Assembly: GCA_012295275.1 (NCBI GenBank)
Contig: CM022673.1
Span: forward strand, 23,622,001-23,686,000
Direction: 5' to 3'
Source: Chrysomallon squamiferum
Lineage: Eukaryota > Animalia > Mollusca
Length of the DNA: 64,000 bases
Below are positions 26,168 to 40,650 of the stretch, piece by piece. The stretch's first letter is position 1. Each line of letters begins with the position of its first letter. Both the position numbers and the translations under genes were made by a program. The notes beneath the pieces are model-generated. The model saw only the letters and a program-made list of their open reading frames with translations. It was not told the origin of the DNA and ran no database searches.

Positions 26168-27749
26168 CGTAAACTTCAAATTTAAACAAGAAAATCATAA
26201 CATTCCTTCTTTTTTTTCTTTTTTCTTTTTGGACGCAGACTTCAGATTCCACTTCAGTCTTCTTCTAGCTGGTCGATAATATCTCGTTTTCATATTGGTT
26301 AATTCTTAGCACGTGTGCGAAGTATTATCGTAATTGAAAGTGACATTTTCTAACACAAGTAAAATTGGTTTAGTGACAGTTGTCTGAATCTGCTCGCTAA
26401 CGCAGAAATGATACTGATGACTAGACTGGTTCCCAGTCAGTATAACTAATACTCGTATTTATTTGAAAATTAGGCTGGTTTTTAGTCTCAGTAATTTTCT
26501 CTTTTTTTCTGGTTTCTATCTAGTTTCAGGCAGCACCGTTACTAATTGTTTCAAAAATATTAGGGCTGTGTGTATTGGAAATAAGACAAGTTGTATTTAA
26601 TATCAAATTATGTGAGCAATAACACAGAAATCTTCTTTCTTTGTTTGCGTGATTGAAGATGTTTACTCTGATTACTTCACCTTCTGCAGCCTCATGTTGT
26701 GCCTTCACATTCACAATAACAAAAACAACAATGTGCAATCCGTTTTTTTATGTTTCAGTATCTTTTTATTTTACCAGTCGATGTACATTTATGTTAGAAT
26801 ATATAACAATATACTGTATTTTACAGTATCAACGTTTTACAACGTGCTTGTTTATGTTTAAATACAATACATTTTATATTTTGTTTATGTTAAAATACAA
26901 TACAATTTATACATTGTTTTTGTTAGAATATAATACACACACTGTTTATGTTATAATATAATACACACACTATTTTAGAATGCAGAGCAATTCACACTTT
27001 GTGTTAGGTCAAAATGCAATTTACACTTTATGTTAGGTTGAAATACAGTTCATACTCTGTTTTTTTTTAGAATATATTACAATTCATGCACTCTTTGTTT
27101 TGAAGATTTTGAATCGAAGAAAGGACCTCATCAGTTTTTCTGTTTTGTTTTTGAATACAAGAATACTTTTTTTTTTTTTTAGATTTAGTTACCTATTCAC
27201 TAACAGGAAAACAATGTTTATAAAACTAACCGAAATTCGGTGTAATCATAATAATGAAAATAATTTTATAATTTATTTTAAACTATTCTTATTTATATTC
27301 ATTTCAGTTATTCGTTCATATTATATGTTACCACACCCAAATATCTGTCTCACGTGCCAAAACTGTAAATAGGAATTAATTTGCACATTTATGTTACATG
27401 TTATATATTTACTGTTGTACATGTCCAAATAACTTTAGTATATGATTATCTTTTCATCGAATTAGAATAATGTGTTTTGAAATATTATTTATTTGAATAC
27501 CTTATGACATTAAGTTTATTACAATATTTTTAAAGAAGATGTACGTTTGGGAACATCAAAACGAATACATTATGACATTCCTTAGGTTTTCTCGAATATA
27601 CTGAAATAAAAGTATATATTTTTTAGTTATTATTTAATTGAATACATTAAAACATTATTTAATTTTATCACAATATTCTTAAATGAAAGCAGCTCTACAT
27701 TAAATGTATGAAGTTCCACTGTTAACTACTGTCTAGCAACATAGTCTAA

Positions 27750-28240
27750 AACCAATGTCACGAAGTACAAATGTCAACCAATGTCACGAAGTACAAATGT
27801 GACCCAGTGTCTCGAAGTAAAAATGTGAACCAGTGTCTCGAAGTAAAAATGTGAACCAGTGTCACGAAGTTAAAATGTGAACCAGTGTCACGAAGTACAA
27901 ATGTCAACCAATGTCACAAAGTAAAAATGTGAACCAGTGTCACGAAGTACAAATGTGAACCAGTGTCTCGAAGTAAAACTGTGAACCAGTGTCACGAAGT
28001 AAAAATGTGAACCAGTGTCACGAAGTAAAAATGTGAACCAGTGTCACGAAGTAAAAATGTGAACCAGTGTCATGAAGTAAAAATGTGAACCATGTCACGA
28101 AGTAAAAATGTGAACCACTATCATGAAGTACAAGTGAAAATGTGAACCATGTCACGAAGTAAAAATGTGAACCAGTGTCACGAAGTAAAAGTGTGGAACC
28201 ATGTCACGAAGTTAGAATGTGAAACAAGTGTCACGAGGTG
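27750..28240. repeat. 26-bp minisatellite (AACCAGTGTCACGAAGTAAAAATGTG)
   Basis: About 18 direct copies. Confidence 0.95.
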
Positions 28241-28641
28241 TGAATCAAGCAGAGAACACAGAAACATAAATAAAGTGACAAGGAATGTGCTACTTCAGCT
28301 CTTCCCTGTCACATTTTTCATTCTGTACATCGTCACTTTAATCCCGTGTCTATGGAAACACAACATAGGGATCTAAATATATTTATTATTTACAATTAAT
28401 CGTTGGTGACGTCATTAAAATATTAGAAAAATAAAAACAAAATTAGCAAAATCGATATCTTCCGAGCAAACAAAACAACAAACAAAACAAATGTTGATAA
28501 AAATAACAAAAAAAACCTGTTTTAATTTCCATACACTAATTATAGAACAAGTTACAACATGCCTTCTGGAAATACCTTTGTTAAAAAATATTAACTAGTT
28601 ATTGATTAGCAGAGATACTGGACGGAAATCACTATGACAGA

Positions 28642-28648
<7 letters not shown>

Positions 28649-28728
<80 letters not shown>
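28649..28728. repeat. (TA)n microsatellite
   Basis: Pure TA run; other TA runs lie at ~11760-11845, 44268-44322 and 55846-55890. Confidence 0.95.
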
Positions 28729-28739
<11 letters not shown>

Positions 28740-29170
28740 GTATGTATGTGTGGTTTTTTTTTTGTGTGTGTGTGTGTGTATATGTGTATTTATGCATCTG
28801 AGAGAAAGTGAATTAGAAGTGAGTTTTAAAACAATGTCTTCATGTACAATTCCAGTTTTAAAATTCGTTTGCAAATATGTCAAATAAAAATTTGCCAGAC
28901 ATTTTGAAAACAATTGTATTGTGTTGTTGATATAAAGTTTTATTTTTATTAGACCAGCTTGCTGTATTTACTCCAAATACAAATGTCACAGGCTATGTCA
29001 ATACCAAACGTATAATGTGACGTTTAGGTCAATACCAAACATGTAACTTCACACATTTAATCACTAAACATACAATGTCACACATACACATAATATCACA
29101 GCTGGTTAGACTAATACTAAAGACTGAAAAAAGAATTGTTTAATTTAATACCAAACATTGAAAAATAGAA

Positions 29171-29446
29171 CTGTCATGGGCAAATTGCGGCCCGCCTAAT
29201 TTCACAAGGAAAATAACGTTAATTCAAATTTTATTCAATGAGTCTATTTTGTATCTACTAATATACTAAAATACATGTAATTTTTTTTATTATTATAACA
29301 GTTCCTGAAATAAATGAAAATGAAAAATTTCTTAAAATAAACTCTACGTAAAAAACACAAAATCGCCTAAATTAGTACCTGCGACCTGCTTGAGGATGAG
29401 CCATGTCTCATGTCGCCCGCTTCTCGAAAAAGGTTGCCAATATCTG
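29171..29446. mobile_element. Degenerate hAT/Charlie-type MITE
   Basis: Left end ctgtcatgggcaaattgcggcccgc and right end gcccgc...aaaaaggttgccaatatctg resemble Charlie-family termini; the TIRs match at about 10/16. Confidence 0.5.
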
Positions 29447-30145
29447 GTTTAAACAAATAGCAAACACTGAAAAATAGATAAGATTAGACCAATACGAAAC
29501 ACTGAAAAATAGAAGAGATTAGACCAATACGAAACACTGAAAAATAGATAAGATTAGACCAATACGAAACACTGAAAAATAGATTAGATTAGACCAATAC
29601 GAAACACTGAAAAATGTAGCTATTTAAACTAATGCTAAACCCTGAAAAATACAGCTGTTTAGACCAAAACGAAACACTGAAAAATAGAGCCATTTAGATT
29701 AACACAAAACACTGAAAAATACAGCTTTTTAGTCTAGTGCTAAACACTGAAAAATACAGCTGTTTAGACTAATGCTAAACACCGAAAAATACAGCTGTTT
29801 AGACTAATGCGAAACACTCTAAAATAAAGCTGTTTAGATCAATACGAAACATTGAAAAATGCAGCTATTTAAACTAATGCTAAACACTGAAAAATACAGC
29901 TGTTTAGACTGAAACATAGAGCACTTTAGATTATCACAAAACACTGAAAAATAGAGATGTTTAGACTAATACCGAACACTAAAAAATACAGCTGTTTAGA
30001 CTAATGCTAAACACTGAAAAATACAGCTGTTTAGACTAATGCTAAACACTGAAAAATACAGCTGTTTAGACTAATGCTAAACACCGAAAAATACAGCTGT
30101 TTAGACTAATGCTAAACACTGAAAAATACAGGTGTTTAGACAAAC
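29447..30145. repeat. 35-bp minisatellite (AAACACTGAAAAATACAGCTGTTTAGACTAATGCT)
   Basis: About 20 copies; degenerate copies also lie at ~29100-29170. Confidence 0.95.
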
Positions 30146-30384
30146 ACTAGGTAACATCGTTCAGCATCGACCTGACTCGCAGGTGTTTCGACAAAACGTC
30201 TTTGTTAGAAAATTGTTACATAAATTCTTACTATGTTATACCTAACACAAAATAGTATTTTAATTTATGACAGCATCACAGTCAGTTATTACCAGATTAC
30301 AACGTTACTGTCACTTTACTGCTACCAGAGTATCACATCATGAACAGTGAAACGATGTTAACTGATACTGAACATTACATCACT

Positions 30385-31640
30385 GAAACTAACCAGCAGT
30401 GTATCGTACTGGACAATAGCGTATTGTACTGACAGGCAGTGTATCGTACCGAACAATAGCGTATTGAACTGACAGGCAGTGTGTCGTACTGAACAATAGT
30501 GTATTGAACTGACAGGCAGTGTGTCGTACTGAACAATAGCGTATTGAACTGACAGGCAGTGTGTCGTACTGAACAATAGTGTATTGAACTGACAGGCAGT
30601 GTGTCGTACTGAACAATAGCGTATTGAACTGACAGGCAGCGTGTCGTACTGAACAATATTATATTGAACTGATAGGCAGTATGTCATGCTGAACAATAGT
30701 GTATTGAACTGACAGGCTTTATGTCGTACTGAACAATAGTGTATTGAACTGACATGCAGTGTGTCGTACTGGACAATAGTGTATTGAACAATAGTGTATT
30801 GAACTGGCAGGCAGTGTGTCGTACTGAACAATAGCGTATTGAACTGACAGGCAGTGTGTCGTACTGAACAATAGCGTATTGAACTGACAGGCAGTGTGTC
30901 GTACTGAACAATAGCGTATTGAACTGACAGGCAGTGTGTGGTACTGGACAATAGTGTATTGAACAATAGTGTATTGAACTGACAGGCTGTATGTCGTACT
31001 GAACAATAGTGTATTGAACTGACAGGCAGTGTGTCGTACTGAACAATAGCGTATTGAACTGACAGGCAGTATGTCGTACTGGACAATAGTGTATTGAACA
31101 ATAGTGTATTGAACTGACAGGCAGTATGTCGTACTGGACAATAGTGTATTGAACAATAGTGTATTGAACTGGCAGGCAGTGTGTCGTACTGAACAATAGC
31201 TTATTGAACTGACAGGCAGTGTGTCGTACTGACCAATAGTGTACAGAACTGACAGGCAATGTGTCGTACTGAACAATAGTGTATTGAACTGACAGGCAGT
31301 GTGTCGTACTGAACAATAGTGTATTGAACTGACAGGCTGTATGTCGTACTGGACAATAGTGTATTGAACTGACAGGCTGTATGTCGTACTGGGCAATAGT
31401 GTATTGAACTGACAGGCTGTATGTCTTACTGGGCAATAGTGTATTGAACTGACAGGCAGTGTGTTATACTGACCAATAGTGTATTGAACTTACAGGCAGT
31501 GTGTCGTACTGACCAATAGTGTTTTGTACTGACCAGTAGTGTTTCGTACTAACCAGCAGTATGTCGTATTGACCAGCAGTTTGATGTCCTGAATGGTATT
31601 CTGTCGAACAGACAAGTAGTGTGCCATACTGACCACTTGG
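30385..31640. repeat. 40-bp minisatellite (GTGTCGTACTGAACAATAGYGTATTGAACTGACAGGCAGT) with 55-bp variants
   Basis: Exact period 40 over 30441-30640; several units carry a 15-bp internal duplication. Confidence 0.97.
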
Positions 31641-31654
31641 TCCACTTAGACCTG

Positions 31655-31750
31655 CAGTAATTTGGAATCTAGGAAAAAAAGTCACAGGAAAAAAAACACA
31701 CAAATAAAACCACAGGAAAAACCGTCATTGGAAAAAAGTTACAATTTTTT
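31655..31750. mobile_element. Possible DNA-transposon terminus with short GGAAAAAAAGTCACA sub-repeats
   Basis: Reiterated GGAAAAA(A)nGTCA/CACA motifs typical of repeat-containing TIRs; no partner end was seen. Confidence 0.3.
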
Positions 31751-32060
31751 ATTAAGAAATATATTAGCAATGAAAGATAGATTTAATGTTCTTTGATTTT
31801 ATTGTTGGTGATTTATCTTTCATCGAGTTGTGTATTTGGGATGTGTGTCTGATCTGCAGCATGAATGCGATGTTGAACTGCTTCTGGGTGCCCTCTCTGT
31901 AAGTCTCTACTTACAGATCTAGTTAAACGACTTCAGGTGATCACGTACCTTCGACAAAAACTTTTTAATTTTTAATTTTAATATAAACAAATTATTATTA
32001 TATAATATTATTATTGTTATTATTACTATTATTATTATTATTGTTGTTGTTGTTGTTCTT

Positions 32061-32091
<31 letters not shown>

Positions 32092-33449
32092 TTATTATTA
32101 TTATTATTGTTAGTGTTATTGTGAATGACATGGTTTGATTTTGTTATCGTGAAGACTTTAAACAAACTGATAAATTTAATTAGGAAGTAAAGAGAAACGT
32201 CATCACTGATGTCTGTAAGAGTCAATCGCATCAGCACCACGTTGACGACGTTTTCATATTAATGGCAAACTCCTGTCGTGCTTATTCAACGCACCAGTCA
32301 ATCCACAAAGTGAAAACTGACAGTCATTTGAACGTACCTCTCCAACATCTCATCTCTACAAAACATTACCATCACAACATCAGCTTCGTCAGTGTCTCTT
32401 AATCTGGTAGAAAGGAATCTACTCCGAGGAGAGGAAACATTAAGTTGGTAATAAAGAGTCTGTCTATCTGTTTTATCTCTTAACTTACCTCTCTCATTTC
32501 CACTAATTGTTTAGATGGCTAATTTATTTATAGTTTGTTAGAGTAATGATGCAATGGTTCCCATTCCAAAGATGTTTTGTTGATGTTACTGTTGCTATGG
32601 ATACTTGACAAAAGATATTTGAAAAGAAGATAAAATAATATAGTAGTCTGTTTGTTGTTGTTTTTTTTAGCGGGGTTTACTGGGTGATATTTTTTTTTTT
32701 TTTTTTCTCCTTCAGCAGACAGTAATGTTTCCGCTAACCACCCAATAAGAAAAATTGATTAGGGTAGTTTTCAACCGGCGCGGGCCGCTAGCACAGTGTA
32801 AAATGTGATTTCTGACTACACTGAAAGCTTTTCTCACTTCGATCGCAATTGATTTCACTAAAGAAATTTGATTCCGCCGCAGATTACCAAGAAAACAGAA
32901 ATGGCAAATTCACAGAGGGCGCTGTGCTGAAAAGCTCACTCTGTTTCAGTGCCGTCTCTCGGGAGGGAGATAATGAGAGACAGAGAAAACCATTACCCGT
33001 TTTATAGTCCATAAACCCGCTTTGTCAGCGTGCACAATGGTCAATCGATGACTAAAAAAAAAATAGTGTTCTCTTTGTCCTAGAGCTCGACAGCAAACAT
33101 TAAATATGTAGATAAAAAAAAGTAACTGTATGAAGTGTGATTGGAAAACTATAATACATAAAAACATGACAGTAAAGTATAAATGTATAAAATACGATAG
33201 CAAAGTATAAATGTGTAAATATGACAGTGAACTTTTAGTATATATAAATATAATAGCAAACTTTTAGTATATATAAATATAATAGCAAACTTATAAATAT
33301 AATAAAAAAAAGGATGCTAAAGTTATAAGTATGATAGTAAAAGTATAAATAGATCAGATATGATGGTAAATATATAAATATATAATTGTATAAATGTATA
33401 AATGTATAAATATCTTTGTAAAAATATGAAAGCTAATTAGTGTAATATC

Positions 33450-34050
33450 GATTAGTAAGTTAATTAATGCGTGATCTGAGTAATAAATGTTTGAACAGAC
33501 AAAATTAAACAGTTTGTAATTAATTAACGTGTAAACTGAGTTCATTACTGAATTAATTAGTATGTGTGAACTTACTTAGTTAATTAGTGAGTACACTGAC
33601 ATATTTAATTAGTGTGTGTGAACTTACTCAGTTAATTAGTGAGTACACTGACATATTTAATTAGTGTGTGTGAACTTACTCAGTTAATTAGTGAGTACAC
33701 TGACATATTTAATTAGTGTGTGTGAACTTACTCAGTTAATTAGTGGGTACACTGACATATTTAATTAGTGTGTGTGAACTTACTTAGTTAATTAGTGGGT
33801 ACACTGACATAATTAATTAGTGTGTGTAAACTTACTCAGTTAATTAGTGAGTACACTGATATATTTAATTATTGTGTGAACTTACTTAGTTAATTAGTGT
33901 TTAAACTGACATAATTAACTAGTGCGTGTAAACTTAGTTAATTAGTGAGCATACTGATATAATTAATTACTGTGTATAAACTTACTTAGTTAATTGGCTA
34001 GTAAATTTACTTAGTTAATTAGTGTGTGTACTGATACTAGGTTAATTATA
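33450..34050. repeat. 52-bp dimeric minisatellite rich in TAATTA
   Basis: TTAATTAGTGTGTGTGAACTTACTCAG + TTAATTAGTGAGTACACTGACATAT, repeated. Confidence 0.9.
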
Positions 34051-35980
34051 ATTAATTCACTACTGTACGTTATTAATTAAAGTCAAGTCTTCTGCAAACA
34101 ACTGTGCAAATATAATCTATCTTGCAACAAATATTAATATGATTTCTCTGGTATGTACATATTAATTTATCTACGTTAATTAAAAACAAACACCACTTGT
34201 CAGAAATAAAGTATGGAGATAGACCTCTCAGTAATATTTATTATCATACGATCCATATTCTCTGATTTCCTTGTTTACTTTTATCTTATTTATTTCTAAC
34301 CGCTAAGTTGTACACATAAGAAATATTTTTTTCTTCCAGTCAATGTATAATAATTTATTATTCCCAATTTATGTACTGCATTTGCTTGCATTGCTCTATA
34401 ATGTAGTCTCTATCTGCCGCTGTATTTATATAATAGAAGTTATGCGATGTTAGTTGAATTAATTCTTCATATAAGCTTGTGTGTAGTGACTTGGGGGAGA
34501 GGCAAATGTAGACAGTTAACTACTTTTATTTACTGATTGTAATAAAAATGAAAGGTTTTGCTTTTCTTATTTCCTATAGTCATTAAAATTATGTAAGGAA
34601 CACGTAAAGAAAGTGTAGGGCTCATTGCGGCCTTTCTTCAGAATACTGATCTGTTAAGTTTTGAAGTAGTTTATTTTCTGTATCACACGTTTTAGTTAAA
34701 CTGACAAAAACTACTCACTGAGACCAGACTTTGATAATCTAGAGGTAGTTCTGATTTTAATGTATGGTAGTTTCACCTTCATATTTATATCTGAAGGAAA
34801 CTGTAAATCTGTCATCACATTAAAAACAGTCAGCAAGAACTCTTCGGTTACCACGTTCATCAGACTGGATTCGTAACTCAGCTTGCTGGAAGAGATGTGT
34901 CTCACTGTGTAGAACTGAGTACTGTGCTGTGAATGATACCAAGATCAATTCTCTTTACATGAATCCAATTCCATTGAGAATGTTTCCAATTCCATTCAGA
35001 ATAAACTGATTGTTAAAGGCTGTTAAGACTTCCTTCTTACCCAAGGAAGGTGTATATAGCAAAATCCTTATTGCTAATTAAAAACAAAACCTAATATAAC
35101 GAGGATGTTTTTTGTCTTTTCTTATCAGTATCGTCTTTGCAGCATGCTTTCTCCTTCTTCTGTAAGATTCATAATAAACACACATCATGTGACTAGATTT
35201 AAAATGTTTTGAATAAATAAACAAATAAAAGTATAAATGTTTACTTTCTTTTTTTTTCTTCCATTATGAACTATGATCAGAATTAATGGAAACTCAGTGT
35301 TGCTGTTATTTAACCTTTTATCAGAAACTGGTAAAAAGAAGAAGAAAAAAAAACAACGAATTCAAGCATACTTCTAATGAATCAATTTTCAATATACATG
35401 CATACATACATACATACATATATACATACATATGTACATACAAACATACGTAACACATACATCCGTACATACATACATGCATACATACGTACATACATAC
35501 ATACACACATGAAACACACACACACACACACACACATATATACATGTATATATGTTTTTCTTTCTGCTTTTTTTTAGATGAAGATGATGCGCAGTCTTTT
35601 TGCGCTAAGTTTTGGTGAAAACGACTTTTGTTTATCTTCTAACTCAAGAGTACTTAACGTGTAATAGATAAACCAATTATTTTCTACATATTCTTATTGA
35701 TGTGTACTTAACATGTATCAGTTACTCTTCAATTGATATTTTATAAGGTTATGAGGTTGATGTTTTTCTTGGATGGCGTAGATGATGTGGTTCTGTATAT
35801 ATTTAAAGTTGAAGAGGTGTTGTCTTGCTGTTTTATTAGTGTTAAGGTTGATTTTTTATATTGTTATTCTGATTATTATTATTATAATTTGTGATCTAAA
35901 ATAATCTTCATAAAAGCAAATTATCTATTTATTTATTTACCTTACTTAATTTAGTTTTACAATTTTTTTTTATTTATTTA

Positions 35981-36014
<34 letters not shown>

Positions 36015-36564
36015 GATTATTATTATTATTATTATTGAACATTAGATATTCATGTAATGCTGATATGAACTGTTCGTTCATCAAAAGACTGCACTCTCTT
36101 CATTTCTAATCTCAGTCGTCATCGAGACTCGCTTATTACATACACATCGTCTATCTTGTCTAAAAATAACCTAGTTAGTCTATTGATTGCATATTTTGAC
36201 TTAAAGACCAGAACATATCTACAACAAATTAATCATAACATAACGATTTTTACACCGCAAACGTACTACTGAAATAACGAAAAGACTGCTGTCTTCTTTG
36301 TTCTTTATATTTTATTTTTATTTTATTTTTTTTACATTGATTATATACGTCAGAGTATTCATTTGGTAAAATAAGGTCAATAAATTTAATTTACCAATTT
36401 CATCGGATTCTAAATAAGTTCACTTAGAAATTCTCTATATATGATGTATATAATTACTTATAATGTATTTAGTATTTATACTGGCAGACTGAACGTTGTT
36501 ATAGAAACAAAGGTAAGACATCTCATTTAATAGTTTTACGAATCCGTGTAGTCGTAGCCCAGAC

Positions 36565-37140
36565 CGTAATTTAAGAGTAGAAATAATAGCAATAGTAATT
36601 TAATAGTAGCAATAGTAATTTGAAAGCAGAAATAGTAGTAATTTAATAGTAGAAATAGTAATTTAATAGTCGCAGTAATAATTTGATAGAAGAAGTAGTA
36701 ATAATTTAACAATAAAAGTAATAGCAGGAGTGATTTAATAGTAGAAGTAGTAATAATTTAATGGTAGAAGTAATAGCAGTATTAATTTAATAGTAGAAGT
36801 AGTAATAATTTAACAGTAGAATAATAGCAGTAGTAATTTAATACTAGAAGTAGTAATAATTTAATAGTAGAAGTAATAGTAGTAATGTAATAGTAGAAAT
36901 AGTAATAATTTAATGGTAGATGTAATAGCAGTAGTAATTTGATAGTATTTTAACAGTAGAAGTAATTTCATAGCAGAAGTAATAGTAATTTAATAGCCAG
37001 AAGTAGTAGTCATTTAAAAGTAGAAACAGAAGCAGTAGTAAATCTACTATTAGGAGTAATAGCAATAGACTAGCCATTTAATAGATGAAATAGAACTAGT
37101 TTAGTAATAGAAGTAGTATTAATAGTAGAAGCAACAGCAG
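36565..37140. repeat. ~23-29-bp degenerate minisatellite (TAATTTAATAGTAGAAGTAGTAA)
   Basis: Recurring TAATTTAATAGTAGAAG. Confidence 0.85.
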
Positions 37141-37856
37141 TGTTAATTTAACAGTACCATGTATTTCACTTCCCTGTTTTAGCACGTGCCAGGTGATTAT
37201 TACAAATTTCACTTCGTGGTTCTATCTAGATGACTGTATTATTTCAATTACTTATTAAATAAAATGTAAATAAATAATAATTTTTTTTTACTATGAATAA
37301 GGTAATAACTACATTTAACTGCACACTTCAGTATTACGTCATATTCACTTTTATTTCACTACGTTATTTTACGATTAAACAAGTACGTACTTTAACAATT
37401 ACTTTCATTTCCATCTGTTTTTTTCTTTTAACTTTTCCTTTTTTTAGCGTTAAAAAAAACAAAAAAAACAACAACCATAATTGGAGGGACATTTGTCATG
37501 ATATCTCTCTACACTGAGCTGTCATTTCATTACCAAAATGTCAAAGACGAAATCACTCGGGGTGTTCCGACCTGTCACGTGACCAGACGGGCCGAACCGA
37601 GCGAGTTGAGAGGAAGAGGAGGCCTCCCGGCGGATATCAGCGACAACAAGTGCAGCACTAATCAAAGATTTTCATCATCATTCTGACGCCGAGCTGGCCA
37701 CACAATCCGATTAATTTGGTGAAATGTAGAAACACACAAAGGATAAAGTTTCCCTCGAGATTGAAATCTGGTGACTGACACGTCTCTCGCCTCTTACTAA
37801 TTAATTGATCCATACTTTAATAATGTCTTAAAAATTTCTATCTCCAGCCGTTCAGC

Positions 37857-37894
<38 letters not shown>

Positions 37895-38065
37895 GTAGCA
37901 GTAGCAGCTGCAGCAGCAACAACAACATGTATCTTAACTGTGTACTTCCGTACTTCTTTGAGATCTATATAATGTTAAAAATAAAATAAAAATACTAATA
38001 ATGAATAAATTAAATAAATTAAAAAAAATTGAAATTGATAATCCAGCATGTAATAATGAAAACAG

Positions 38066-38325
38066 AGTATGTATGTATTTATGTATGTGTGTGTATGTGT
38101 GTATGTGTATATATGCATATATGTATGTACGTATGTATGTATGTCTGTGTCTGTGTATGTATTTATGTATGTGTGTGTGTTTGTATGTATGTATGTATGT
38201 ATATGTATGTGTATGTATTTATGTATGTGTGTGTATGTGTTTGTATGTATGTATGTATGTATGTATGTATGTATGTATGTATGTATGTATGTATGTATGT
38301 ATGTATGTATGTATGTATGTATGTT
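38066..38325. repeat. (TATG)n/(TG)n microsatellite
   Basis: Explains the MYVC-repeat ORFs; similar tracts at 16058-16225, 43595-44010 and 51300-52250. Confidence 0.9.
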
Positions 38326-39179
38326 TTTAGGATTTGAATATTCTCTGTCTCATGTAAGTCTGATTAATCTCTGTACATATACAACATTCAGGACGACAAT
38401 GTACAGTCATAGCTTAACAAACACCAGATGCTGCTGGCAAAACTCGAAAGTAAGATTTCGCCCGCCCACGCAATAACACATATATCCAGATAGGGCCATA
38501 CGAACAAATATACTTATATGCACACACATAATAAATACATACACACAAATAGATAACTATACATACATACATAAACATACACTTACATCTTCTATTGTAT
38601 ATATTTTTTGATATGAAATAATTTTATTTCATTGAATGATCGTAATTATTCCTCAATGCTATATCAGGGAAGATAACTGTGTTAAGTGAATTACCGAGAA
38701 ACAGCTGGTGTTATGCCCCTTGGATTGTAATTTTTATATACATTTATATTTATTATTTTATTTTTATTTTTTAAACGCATAGAGAATAATGATAGTAGTA
38801 GTAGTAGCAGTAGTACGTCATCCTGGATTTTCTCTTTTTATGAAAACATACAAATGTTCACATAAAGCTGGAATTCACTGAGTATCTGTCAGAAAAATCA
38901 ACGGAGTAATTCAGAAAAACTGACAGAATATTTATTTTGTTTTTATCTGTATCAGTCGGTGATATTCCAATATGCATAGCGTGTTTGTTTGTGTGTGTGT
39001 GTGTGCGTGTGTGCGTCTGTGTGTGTGTGTCTGTCTGTGAGTGTGTGTATGTACGTGTGTGTGTGTGTTTGTGTGTGTGTGTGAATATGTGTTTGTGTGT
39101 GTGTGTGTGTGTGTATGCACGTGTGTGTGTGTGTGTTTGTTTGTGTCTGTGTGTGTGTATGTGTGTCTGAGTGTGGGGG

Positions 39180-39447
39180 CAGTGGCGGTCAAAGTCTGGT
39201 GATTCCCGGGAACAACTCCTTGGTTGTATGTCACAAAGACTCAAGTGTAAGGCCTTGTACTGAGAAATATTATGAGAAAGGAAGATAGTTTGAATATGTA
39301 AACACAGATGAAACATAAAATAAACACCTTATTCGATTCAAAATATAAATCAACCAAATTTATTCAGTTCTTTTCTCTGATTGGATGCCCCCTCCCGTTT
39401 GGTGCCCGGGGCCACCGCCCCTTCGACCCTCCCTCTGTACGCCACTA
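39180..39447. mobile_element. hAT-like MITE with CAGTGGCG...CGCCACT termini, inserted in a (TG)n tract
   Basis: Starts cagtggcggt and ends tacgccacta, with a GC-rich subterminal gcccggggccaccgccccttc. Confidence 0.55.
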
Positions 39448-39531
<84 letters not shown>

Positions 39532-39771
39532 GTTGAGGAGAGAGAGAAACTGAATACATATGTTTATGCACATTTATGAAAACAAATTCTCTCTATTTAG
39601 GCGTATCTCTATATATATGTATGCTTTATTATCTATGAGCAATAATTCATATATATATGTAAATAAGCTTTATTTTATCTACAGTACTGTTTTATGAACC
39701 ATATCAAACTTGTTTTCTAAAACCATGTCTAGCAATAAAATTATTATATATTTGTTTTACATATCTCCGTA

Positions 39772-39854
<83 letters not shown>

Positions 39855-40195
39855 GTGCTTCTGTTGCTATGTGTAGAGTATATTTGTACTGAATTGTTTG
39901 TAACGTAATTTTATTTAATAATAATAATAATATTTTAAATTTATCATTTCTTTCTTCTTGGTGTTCTAAGCACACTAATATACAAACACATACCTACTGA
40001 CACATACAGACAGACACACACCTTCCTCTCTTTCTGTATCTTTCTCTGTAGCTTTTGAAATGATGAAATGAAAACAGAAGTCTAAAATGATGTGTGTGTG
40101 TATACATACATATATATATATATATACACATATGTGTATTTCTAAAAGCATTGAAATGTCACATTACTGACAAAAAAGTGTATCGAAAATAAGCA

Positions 40196-40239
<44 letters not shown>

Positions 40240-40650
40240 TGACGACGATGATAATGATGAACGTTGATGATGATGATGATGATAATAATAATTAAAAAAA
40301 CAAAAATAATAAAAATAATAGTGGAGATCAGTAAAATGTTTTTAGTCTCGGTATTTGCTGCAGTCTTTACTCTTTGATCTTCGAACGTTTCGTCGCAGAC
40401 CGGAAATGACGTGTGCACGAGGCACGTTAATGATGCGTCATTTCCTTATCACAGTCACATAAACGCAGTTGTCATAGCAGCAACCAGTAAAAGACCATGA
40501 CGTTATGGCATAAGAGATTACTGCTGCACTAAATGCAAAACAATGGCTGAAGATTCTTGAAGAGATAATCCACTGGTTCAATCCCGACATGCTTCACAGT
40601 GTCACGTGCACTGGACAGCGTCTTTGGCTGGGTGACGGGTTCGGAGTATT

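Noticed and set aside
25727-26279. Alternative-frame and antisense ORFs over the IgGFc terminal exon
   Set aside because: These are shadows of a GC-richer coding exon, with no recognisable motifs.
30358-31436. Long Cys/His-rich minus-strand ORFs (225-250 aa)
   Set aside because: They are translations of the 40-bp satellite cycling through all three frames. There is no credible start or splice context, and one stop-free strand among this many arrays is expected by chance.
30385-31640. CRISPR-like appearance (regular repeat with a palindrome)
   Set aside because: The units are head-to-tail with no unique spacers, there are no cas genes, and the context is eukaryotic.
34240-35870. Possible LINE/retroelement remnants
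   Set aside because: No reverse-transcriptase or endonuclease motif could be read in any frame, so the call is unsupported without a repeat library.
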